In this document: positions 1 to 64,000 of the stretch, piece by piece
Layout: every line of letters starts with the position of its first letter
Numbering within the stretch: the first letter of the stretch is position 1
Notes under the pieces: generated by a model
Told to the model about the DNA's origin: nothing
The model's database searches: none
The model's input: only the letters and a program-made list of their open reading frames with translations
Position numbers and translations under genes: made by a program
From: the human T2T-CHM13v2.0 reference genome, Homo sapiens
Assembly: GCF_009914755.1 (NCBI RefSeq)
Contig: NC_060945.1
DNA: 64,000 nt
Direction: 5' to 3' (one strand)

Positions 1-324
1 GGTGTGCCAGCGATGAGTTTGCATGTTAGTACTTGTGATCCTTTTTCTCCCCTGTGATGTAGATTTGGTTTCCTTATTTCAGAGCTGGGAAAACACGTCA
101 AGATAGATTAAAAGTAATCTGCCCGATACATAAAAAATCAACAACAACAAAAAAGTAATCTGCCCAAGATTATACAGCTAGGAAGGGTGAGGCCAGTATT
201 TGAACCCAGGCTTTTTACTTGGTATTACAATTAATGAATTAAAAAAAAAGATTATAGGTATTTATTTATTTATTTATTTTTGATTATAGGTATTTATTTT
301 TAAAAATCTTTATTTTCTTCTTAG

Positions 325-37880
<37,556 letters not shown>

Positions 37881-39220
37881 AGTATATGTTATGTAAGATA
37901 AAATATTTGCTCAATTCTTTTGGTTGTACAGCTTTCAAAATATAATTAATTTTGTTTTATAGATATGATAGGCAACAGACTGAAAACCATAATCTTTACT
38001 GTATTCTATGCATTCAAATGTGGTCACAAATATTGTGGACACATTATCTTATGTTTTGAAATACCTGTGAATTGTTGGCATTGAGCAGCTGAAGCTAACT
38101 CATGACTCTGTTTTGAATGTAAATATTTGTAATTAAGCCTGCACATATTTTTTTATTGCCCTAGAGTACTCAAGTGTTTTTCACCAAGAGCTTTTCAGGT
38201 TGCCCCTAAGCTTTGTGCAATTTTTTCTGGTTCCCCAAAGTGTATTTTTCTCTAAGTCGAGGGCTATGCCATAATACAAATGGAAATGTTACCTTTGATT
38301 TTCTTATAAAGGAGTTTAAATAGGATTTTTAAATAATGTAGTAACACTCCTGATACAACTCTGGTTATAAGTGAATTGAGCATTAATGTTTCTTTTGTAT
38401 AAATTCCTGTCCTGAAATATTTTATTCATGAAAATAAGGTAAGCAAAAACCAACTCCATTTTGCCAGGATTTTGTTGTGCTGAGATTGCCAATCACGGTT
38501 AAACACAAAGTGTTTTTATAGAATGAAGAAACAGTCTTTAACAGAAAAAAGGTATTGAAATATTAAATGGCCACCAAGTTTACTTTGAAGCCCATTTTTG
38601 GCTGTTTAGTCAGCATGAAGTGGGCATGATAATTTTTTAATATTTCTTTTTGTGAAATTTCCTGTACAGCCTTTTGTAGGATTACTACAGGTTAATGTGA
38701 GTTGAGGAAGACAGTCTTTCTCAAACAATACTACATACCTTTTATTATATTACAAACCTAAGTGTTTTATATCCTAGAGTCAAGGAACAAATTTCCTTAG
38801 GATTATAGTATTACATGCCATAAAATACTATGCTTTATTGGTCCCATGTTTTGTGCAATTTTAAAGAGATGGCTTTCTATTAAGTATAAACTATGTATAT
38901 ATAAGAACCATATTTTCCACAACTAAAATGTGCATTATTTTTTCCAAAGTTTTATCATTGCTATTTATTTTTACCTTTGTTTTTGAACATTCAATCCGTT
39001 CATTTTGTATGTATGCTTAATACGTGTCGGTCATATACAGTATTGAATTTTTACTGTATAGTAATTCTGGAAAGAGCAAATAAATGAAGATTGTTTTTAT
39101 TTGCCTGATAAAGTAATTGAAAGTGTATTTTTGGTATGAAGCTGGTTTTCTGTCACAATTGTAATTTCCCAAATTTTAAAATATCTTATAATAAAATAAA
39201 AATATATGATGGCTAACTGT
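37881..39220 (+). other. MORC3: MORC3 3'UTR (approximate end)
   Basis: AT-rich, repeat-free stretch from the stop codon to the AATAAA cluster. Confidence 0.75.
39079..39200 (+). terminator. MORC3 polyadenylation signals: AATAAA at 39079-39084 and overlapping pair at 39190-39200
   Basis: Canonical hexamers at the end of the repeat-free UTR, with upstream TGTA motifs. Confidence 0.75.
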
Positions 39221-39251
39221 TCAAATGCTACTTTTAAAGACTTAATATTAA

Positions 39252-39482
<231 letters not shown>

Positions 39483-39592
39483 TGAGGTCGGGAGTTCAAG
39501 ACCAGCCTGACTAACATGGAGAAATGCCGTCTCTGCTAAAAATACAAAATTAGCCGGGTGTGGTGATGCATGCCTGTAATCCCAGCTACTCA

Positions 39593-39697
<105 letters not shown>

Positions 39698-41060
39698 TCA
39701 AAAAAAAAGGACTTTTCTTTGTATAAATCATTTACTCTAGAGAAACCTTGCCTAAATAATAGCAGCTATGTAAATCATATGTAAGTTTTGTGAATATCTA
39801 ACTCATGCAGTGGTTCTTTTTGGAATTTGCTATTTTTCCCTTCCTTTTGGCCAGCTTCTCTATGTATTCTTGCAAAAATATTTCCTGTAGCTGTCTGGCT
39901 TGATGGGAAAATTAATCATGGGATTAGTAAGAGAAACTTGCTTGCTAAATTGATTCTTTGGAAGCACTTAGATACTTTTTGCTCTTTATGAAGATATTGA
40001 AGTATTGCCAAGATATGAGACTTCGAAAATGTGGCTCACAGTTGCAGACAGAACAACTGTTGTTTAACAGAACAACGTGGGCTTTCATGATGTATGTACC
40101 TTTCTCTTTCTTTTGTTGCATGTGGGGGACAGTATTGCTTCAACTAATGTTTATTACTTTAAAACACGAAAGGTATGAGGAAGTAAACCAAAACAGTCCA
40201 CAGTCTTCAAACAGGACCTAGGGTGGCAAAATCAGTGAAAGCTGAGTGAGCACACAGAGCAGGAGGGCATGGCACGTCCCTGTGTGCTTCCTTTGGGCCT
40301 CAAATTCTTCATGTGGCAGGTCCAGTTGGTGACGCTGCCTGTGATCTCAGACGCTTGATTCTTGCTGTCACATAAGACGTCTTAAACTTGGGTCATACAT
40401 CATTGAGGAATCATTTAAGTTCTCACCTCTGGCTGCGTAGTAGAATTACTTGGGGAGTTTTTTAAACTCCCAAAGTCAGGCTGCACCTCACGTTAATTAA
40501 GTCAGCGTCCTTGGGGTTAGACCCAGATAACAGTATTTTTCAAGGCCTCCCGGGTTAATTCCAGTGCACCATCAGAGCCAAGCACTGTTGAGTTGTGTCT
40601 TCTGTTGAGTATTTATAAATGTTGAACTTGAGTGGTTCACGAAACAAACGGGATCAGCATATCCACTTTCTCACTGGGGCAAGCAGGGGGAGGGAGGGGA
40701 AGCAGAGCGGTGCCCCGGTAGAGATGTAAATGAACAGTGAAAAGACTTTCTCCACGGCCTCTAAAGGTAACCACTATTGGCTTTTGTGTGCATACATGCA
40801 CACATTCATGTGTATGTATTTTATTTACATTAAATTGCGTATATTTGTGTCGATATTTACACAGTGGGATTATACCATATAATTGATAACTAAACATTTC
40901 CATATCATTCTTTCAAAAAGCTTAAGTAACATTTCATCATAGGAATATGCTCCTAATGGTTACTTACTTACTTACTTTTCGTTAGAAAGAATATACTGGC
41001 TGGGCGCAGTGGCTCGTGCCTGTAATCCCAGCACTTTGGGAGGCCAAGGTGGGTGGATCA

Positions 41061-41321
<261 letters not shown>

Positions 41322-41717
41322 TTAAATCCAGAGTGTAAATTGTTAACAGTGAATATTGATAGGTCAAAGAATGTATGCCATGTACATTTAAATAAATATT
41401 GCCATCCAAAAAAAGGTTGCAGGAATTTATACTTAGGATGAGTAATAAATATGAGTGTTTTCCTCAAAGTCTCTCAAACTTACTTTTGCTAATTTGATAT
41501 GTGAAAATATGACAGCTGACATTTGTCTCAGTCCTTACATTGGCCATTTTAATTTTCTGTGTTTTATACATGTTCTTTGCCTATTCTTTTCCACTGTGTT
41601 CTTGTCTTCTTGCTGTAAAGAAGCTGAAAGCTTGTGTTAATTTGGCCACACACCACCCAAAAACTACCCAGACACACTACCCATTTCTTCCTATTTCAGA
41701 AAATCCACAGTAGGTTG

Positions 41718-41755
<38 letters not shown>

Positions 41756-42371
41756 AGACAGGGTTTCATTCTGTTGCCCAGGCTAGAGTGCAGTGGTGTG
41801 ATCATGGCTTACTGCAGCCTCAACCTCCGAGGCCCAAATGCTCCAGCTGCCTCAGCCTCCCGAGTAGCTGGCACTAGAGGCGTGCACCACCATGCCCAGC
41901 TAATTTTTCTATTTTTTGTAGAGATGGGGTTTCGCCATGTCCAGGCTGGTCTTAAGCTCCTGGACTCAAGCAGTCCACCCTTCTGGGCCTCCCAAATTGT
42001 TGGGATTACAGGCATTTGAGCCACCGCGCCTGACTGGTTAAGTCCTATTTTGTGCAGTGTCTCATAAACAGGGACTCACTGAAGTGGCTTGAAAATCTAA
42101 ATAGAATCCTATCTGCATATTTGTCTGTTGAATGTTGGTCACAGCTCACAAGATGAATGCTGTTAATATCTGATTGGCGTAGAGGAAAAAATAAATCTGT
42201 TGCTTTTTAGAATTGTCTATTGATCACAGAGTTAACTTTCACATACTAGCCTGTAGGAAGAAAGTCTGGTTAAGAGTTAACAAGAAACCTTTTAAAGCCA
42301 CAATTTCTTAGAGAGTCATCAGGACTCAATGTCTTGGTAACAAGACAGAATAAATTTAAATTTGAATATAA

Positions 42372-42578
<207 letters not shown>

Positions 42579-43673
42579 TGACCTCCCACCTCAGCCCCCA
42601 CGAGTAGTAGGAACTACAGGCACATGCCACTGCGCCCAGCTAATTTTTGAATATTTTGTAGAGACTGGGTTTGCCATGTTGCCCAGGCTGCTCCAACTTC
42701 TGGCCTAAAGCCATCTGCCCGCCTCGGCCTCCCAAAATGCTGGGATTACAGGCGTGAGCCATCACGCCCAGCTGGCTGTATCTTCATAACAAAATGTAAT
42801 GGTGTTTTATATTCACAAAGGAGTCAAGTCTTCCTAATCTCCCATGGGGTTCCTGTTGGAAGTGAGGCTCTTGGTTTGTACTGTGATCTGAACCATGACT
42901 GAATTAAGGTAATTTGAGTATAGAATTTTTTCTGTTCTAGGCAATTGTCTCTTGTTTTGTGACTCCCTTGGTGGGAATCTCTCTCAAAATGTGATATTCA
43001 TGGAGGCAACTGAAGTACCAGCAAGCTTGTCCAACCTGCCTTGCTTGGTTGTGTTTTTTTAGTTTTTTTTCCCCAGGCTGGTCTCAAGAACTTCTGGGCT
43101 CAAGGGATCTGCTCACATTGGCCTCCCAAAGTGTTGGGATTACAGGCATGAACCACTGCTTCTGGCTTTAAATATATATATATTTTTTGAGACAGGCTCT
43201 TGCTTTGTCACCCAGGCTCGAGTAGCAGTGGCGCGATCACAGCTCACTACAGCCGCAATCTCCCGGGCTCAGGTAATCCTCCCACCTCAGCCTCCTGGGT
43301 AGCCAGGACCACAGGCACACACCACTATGCCCAGCTAATTTTCGTATTTTTTGTGGAGACAGATTTTTGACTTGTTGCCCAGGCTGGTCTCAAAATTCCT
43401 GGGCTCAAGCGATGCACTCCCCCACCTCTTAACCTCCTAAAGTGTGGGGATTACAGGAATGAGCCCTAACTTAGGGTTTTGTTTTTTTTGTTTGTTTGTT
43501 TTTCTGTACTCTGTATACTCCAGGGTATTTCAGATGTAAGGTATTTCAATACATCTAATAAATTTCCTGGTCTAGACTTGGTGACAGCCATTTCTCCAAA
43601 AGTTCTGCTTCATTTTGTGGGAAATGCTATTTGAAGATAATAATCTAGGCACAGATATAGTCATTGTTTCTAG

Positions 43674-44030
<357 letters not shown>

Positions 44031-44285
44031 TAGTAGACTGAACTAAAAGAGACTATAATATAGTCTCTTTTGCTGAAAATCTGGGTTCCTAACCACACAA
44101 GTATTTGCTCTTCCTAATGTATACATAAATACATAGGTATGCATATATGTAACAATACCAATATTTTCTAGCCATAGTATGACTGAAGGTAAGCTTTCTT
44201 TGGGGTAGTATAAAATTTCTGTGTTTGCCAATCACTTGAAATAATAACTCCTTGTGTGCATCACACACATCCATGTTGCTGCCTG

Positions 44286-44784
44286 TGTCAGTCAGTGTAG
44301 AGTTCTCCAGAAAATCGGAGCCCAATATGATAGATGCAAGAGATTGATCAGGAGGAGTGGCTTAAGTGGTTATGGAGTCTGAGAAGTCCCATGATCTGCT
44401 GTCTGCAAGATGGAGACCCAAGAAAGCCTGTGGTATAACTTAGTCCCACTCCAAAGCCCTGAGAACCAGGGACACCAGTGGCATAAGTCCTGGAGTCAAA
44501 AGACCTGAGAACCAGGAGCTCTGATGTCTGAGGGTGGAAGAGGATGTCCCAACTCAAGAAGAGACAGAATTTGCCCTTCCTCTACTTTTTGTTCTTTTCA
44601 GACTCAACAGGTTGGATGATGCCCCAGATACTGCCCAGGTTGGTGAGGGCGGATCTTCTGTACTCAGTCTACTGATTCAAATGCTAAAGTCTTCCAGAAA
44701 CACCCTCATAGTCAGAAGTAATGTTGACCACCTATCGGGTATGTCTTAGCCCGGGCAAACTGAGGCATAAAATTAACTATCACA
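44286..44784 (-). mobile_element. MLT2B-like (ERVL) solo LTR between MORC3 and CHAF1B
   Basis: Minus strand starts TGTGATAGTTAATTTTATG and ends ..CTGGAGAACTCT..CTGACTGACA, the typical MLT2 termini. Confidence 0.75.
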
Positions 44785-45611
44785 GTATTTCTTTTGGATT
44801 ACCGAGTAGAATACCGTGGTATGAATATGGCACAGTCTGATTACCTTTTCTCCTGTGGGTGGACATTTGGTGTCTTTCTAGTTTGGGGCTATTATGGATA
44901 ATGATTCTTGTATGAGTTTGCTTTTGTTTTCCTGATATATATGCCAAGGAGTGGAATTGCTGAGTCATAGGGTAGGCGTATCATTAACTTTATTAGACAG
45001 TGCTGAACAGTTTTCTAAAGTATTTACATCAGTTTACACTTCCACCAGTAGTGTGCCAGAGGTCCCGTTGTTCTCAATCTCCTGTATTGATTTCCGTCAT
45101 TTCTATTTTTCTTTTTCTTTCTTTTTTTTTTTTTTTTTTTCAGACTGAGTCTGTTTCTGTCGCCCAGACTGGAGTGCAGTGGCATGATCTTGGCTCACTG
45201 CCCTCTGGGTTCAAGTGATTCTAGTGCCTCAGCCTCCGAGTAGCTGGGATTACAGGCGCCACCACCATGCCTGGCTGTTATTATTATTATTATTATTATT
45301 ATTTTTGAGATGGAGTTCTGCTCTTGTTGCCCAGGCTGGAGTGCAATGGCGCAATCTCGGCTCACTGCAATCTCCGCCTCCCAGGTTGAAACGATTCTCT
45401 GGCCTCAGCCTCCTGAGTAGCTGGGATTACAGGTGCCTGCCACCGCGCCTGACCTATTTTTTCTATTTTTAGTAGAGATGGGGTTTCACCATGTTGGCCA
45501 GGCTGGTCTCAAATTCCTGACCTCAAGTGATCCGCCCGCTTCAGCCTCCCAGATGCTGCAATTACAGGCGTGAGCCACTACGCCTGGCTTCTCCTAGTTT
45601 TCTTATTCTGA

Positions 45612-45984
<373 letters not shown>

Positions 45985-46203
45985 TGATTTTAGAATGTTC
46001 ACACTTACAAATGGAAATTAAAATGCCTTGAGAAGTTTTTTTTCGAAGCTGAGTTAAGAGTTAGTCCCTTTATATCAATTTTCATTATTAAAAAGTTCTC
46101 AGGAACCAAATAACATTGGTCCCCTTAAATTGAGGCAGTTCTGCTCAAAATGGATGCTTGGGGCCCAAGCTGAACAACAGTGGTTGTTGAGGAATCTAGT
46201 TAG

Positions 46204-46404
<201 letters not shown>

Positions 46405-47779
46405 TAATTTTTGTAGAGATGGGGTTTCACCATGTTAGCCAGGATGGCCTCGATCTCCTGACCTCATGATCCGCCCACCTCGGCCTCCTAAAGTGCTGGG
46501 ATTACAGGCGTGAGCTACCGCGACCGGCAGGAATTCTTTAGTCCAACATTTGTGGTGCAAACTTTGAGGTTTTGAACAAATACTTTTTTTTTTTTTTTTT
46601 GAGAAAATATTTGACAGCCCAGGGCCTCTCTCTAGAGCCGCATCCCCTGCCCGTGTTGGCTCATCAAGTTGGCACTGAAGTCGGATCTCTAAAATGTTCG
46701 CCAAGAAAGCCAACTCCTTCATGTACTTTTAATACTTAAAGCATGTGTTTTTATCTTTTAAATCCACAGTTCAGAGTCGTGACACTTCAAGAGGTGGGCA
46801 GATTATTCATTTGTGAATGAACAGCATTTATGAGAAATTTGGAGAAATTTTATGTTTGAGAGACACGAAGAATCCAGAGCTTTCCAAAACAGACTGATGA
46901 TCACACCCACCGGGGAGTTTATGAAAATGCAAGCCCCTGGAGCACGGGCCTCTGCTGGATATTCGGAATCATGGGGCTGAGTAGGGCCAGGAATCTGTAC
47001 TTTTAGAACAGCCATATTATCTAAAGTATATAGTCATTCCCAGTCCAAGCTCTGTAAATCCTGAAGAGAAAAATCTAAAAACTGCATATCCGGATTATGT
47101 TATTCTAGCTTCCTGTAGAAATCAGGCTTCAAGGAGCATACAGCCATTCTCATCAACATGAGACACGGATTTGTAGGCAATTTCTGTACCTTTCATAAAG
47201 CTGGCTAAAAGCATCAGCCGGTATTTATATAAGAATCCATGTCTGTTCTTTTTTTCCAAAAATCCTAGAGCAGTTGGCTCCTCAGATAACCCTGTGTGTT
47301 TCTTTTATCCAGTAAAAGCAGCGCATCCAGAGGTACTTGTTTCCTGGCCTTCTGCGAAGCCCACAGATAAATTAGGTCTCATTTGGAAACGTCCCATTTC
47401 GAAAAGCCTGAGGTATCTATCTCTGCCTACCGACTGATTTACAGCCTCACTTTAAAATGTTAGTCTGTTCTTAAAAAGGGTTTATAACTGCATCTACTAT
47501 AATAATAAAATGTAAGCAACCTTGCGCTAGGTACTGAACAATTTCATAGCTTTGAACTCTCCAAAATGTTCTAGAAGCCAATACAGAAAACCCAAAAATC
47601 TCAGTTTTTGTTTGCAGAAGGGGCAAGAGAACCGGTTGTGTTAGCCCTCCAAGTGCCCAGCGCCAGCATAGGGTCTGTCTAACACACAGCCCAGGCTCTG
47701 TAAACCTTTGCTAAAAGAGCGAATCAACAAGGAATAAGTAATGGATAATAATAAAAAATAATAATGAATCCATTCTTCC

Positions 47780-48460
47780 TTCGGTCGTGGGTCTGGCAGG
47801 CATAAATTCCGGCCGGGATTCCGACCCCAGGGCCAGAGCAGGACTCGCCTTGGCGTCTATGAGTGGGCGGGGCTTCCCTGGGGTACCGCCCACGTCGGGC
47901 GGGACCTGAGGGCCGCTGGAGGGGCGGGGCGTCTATGAGGTCCCGCCCATGCGGGGGCGGGGCCTGCGGCGCGCGGGAAGCGGCGCGCGCTGCGCGGGAG
48001 GTGACGGTGCCTCTGACTGTCCGGGTCCCTCCAGGTACGGCTTCCCTGGCCCGGGCAGCTCCGCGGCTCTTTTGGTCGCGTCGGTCCGGGCCAGAGGCCC
48101 TCGCCGAGGGCGGGCCCCTGGGCCCCGGGATAGCTCCGGAGCGGCGCGCGTTGGGGCGGCGGGGCCCCGTCCACCCCCGGCCCCGCGCGGCCTCCTCCCG
48201 GCGGCCTCAGTCCCAGCTTCCCGGGCCCAGCGCCCGGTCCCTGGGAAAGGCGGGGTTCTCCTCTCGCCCCGCCGCCCCGGTCCCCTACCCCGTTTGGCCC
48301 CCTCTTCCGGGAGGCTCCTCCCGGGGCGGGCCCCTCCCCGGGCTCTCAGGGCGCGCCCCTAGCCCCTACTAAGCGGGGACAGGCCGTGCAGACGGCCGGG
48401 GCCCCTAGGTAGCCTTTACCTGGGTGTTTCGTTTTGCTTTTCTGGATGTAGCGGCGTATC
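47780..48460 (+). promoter_or_regulatory. CHAF1B: CHAF1B CpG-island promoter with GC boxes and E2F-like sites
   Basis: Very high CpG density; GGGCGGGG at about 47865, 47922 and 47955; GCGCGGGAA at 47971-47979 and GCGCGGGA at 47992-47999; no TATA box. Confidence 0.9.
47975..48034 (+). other. CHAF1B: CHAF1B non-coding exon 1 (start approximate)
   Basis: Donor CCAG|GTACGG at 48034/48035 within the CpG island; TSS cannot be determined from sequence. Confidence 0.7.
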
Positions 48461-48719
48461 ATAAACTTGTGGATGTCAGGACCCAGCGAAGCATTTTAGG
48501 TGGAGCTAGCAAGGTGTTATTGTCAGATGGCAACGTTAACATCCTTTCCCAATGCAGTGTGCATTTTAAATGGCTCCTGGCCCCTATTCAGCGCTCAATA
48601 ACCCTTTGCTGCTGTTAACACTGTTGTTTAATCCATCACCAGCATTTTGCAGCTTTCTCCTGTCTTGAAGAAGTAGAACGGTGCCCGAGAAACGTTTTTC
48701 CCCTTCGAGACTCAGGAGG

Positions 48720-62186
<13,467 letters not shown>

Positions 62187-62413
62187 GTATAAAATATTTT
62201 GCCATTCTTTTTCAGCAGCGCTTTAACTGAGACTTAGGAAGTCATGAGCTCCTCCCATACCCTTGCAGCCAAATCACTGGCCACAAAGAGCCGATTCCAG
62301 AACTACAATAAGGCTTCCTTTTGGACAGTCAAGGCTCAGTTACTGTGGTGGGCTAGTCTGTATGGAAATGGGGACATCTGGAGACCAGGGTAGAGCCACT
62401 GATGGAGGACAGG

Positions 62414-63192
<779 letters not shown>

Positions 63193-63585
63193 TCTGGGAA
63201 GATCCCTACACGAGGCAACAGAAGACAGGCAGGTCGAGCGTTGGATCTGTCTGGCAGCAGGCAGTTTACTATCTTGGCAGGTAGGTAGAGAGTTTTGCTA
63301 GCAGACAGCAGAGACCCAGCCAAAACACTGGTATTTAGGAATAGGAAGGATTTTGACTTTCAAATAATTGGCAAATGAAAATAGGACCCTTTTTGTAAAG
63401 GAATCAAGGCTACCGAGGCAGGCAGCGAGGTGCGGGGAGCAAGCTGGTTACTGGCTTCACACGGGGACATGGTGCAAATGCATCCAAGGAACCAGGGTAA
63501 GGCAGTGTGGGCTGGGCGCTGACAGGCACTGAGAGGTCACACCTGTGAAGTAAGAATAGTAATGCTTCCCGGGTGCGGTGGCTCA

Positions 63586-63846
<261 letters not shown>

Positions 63847-63857
63847 TCAAAAAAAAA

Positions 63858-64000
63858 TATGTGTATATATATGTTTTTGTATATATTATATATAATATAT
63901 ACTTTAATATGTTATATATTTATATTATATATAATATATTTTTATATTATACATAATATATATTTTTATATTATACATAATATATATTTTTATATTATAC
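63858..64000. repeat. AT-rich tandem repeat, 24-bp unit ATAATATATATTTTTATATTATAC, running off the window
   Basis: Exact units at 63953-63976 and 63977-64000; degenerate copies upstream, grown from an Alu tail. Confidence 0.85.

Noticed and set aside
47857-48372. 105-169 aa Arg/Pro/Gly-rich ORFs in the CpG island
   Set aside because: Stop-poor GC-rich DNA; the ORFs cross the exon 1 donor and show no recognisable domain.

Overview
Human (primate) genomic DNA, very Alu-rich, with two tandem + strand genes, both cut by the window edges. The first is the 3' part of MORC3 (GHKL ATPase/CW zinc-finger chromatin factor): 14 coding exons from 325 to the stop at 37880, then a 3'UTR with poly(A) signals near 39.1-39.2 kb. 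The second is the 5' part of CHAF1B (CAF-1 p60, WD40): CpG-island promoter, non-coding exon 1, and coding exons 2-7 from 48720 to 62186. Gene identity and exon numbering come from my recognition of the translated peptides (chr21q22 locus); all exon phases were checked by hand. Standout observations: (1) MORC3 has two minor-spliceosome (U12) introns, one AT-AC and one GT-AG, bracketing exons 5-7; a U12 back-splice to an AG 5 nt inside exon 5 would give a 420-nt, AUG-starting, stop-free circular ORF. (2) A tailless 5'-half tRNA-Glu retrocopy with TSDs and an unexplained ACCA extension. (3) A probable Alu-to-Alu gene-conversion tract. (4) A 5'-inverted Alu. (5) An antisense SVA offering a candidate poison exon in CHAF1B. 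(6) A near-complete Tigger2 fossil. No CRISPR, rRNA or intact tRNA genes were found. Repeat subfamily names are from memory of consensus sequences and need RepeatMasker confirmation.
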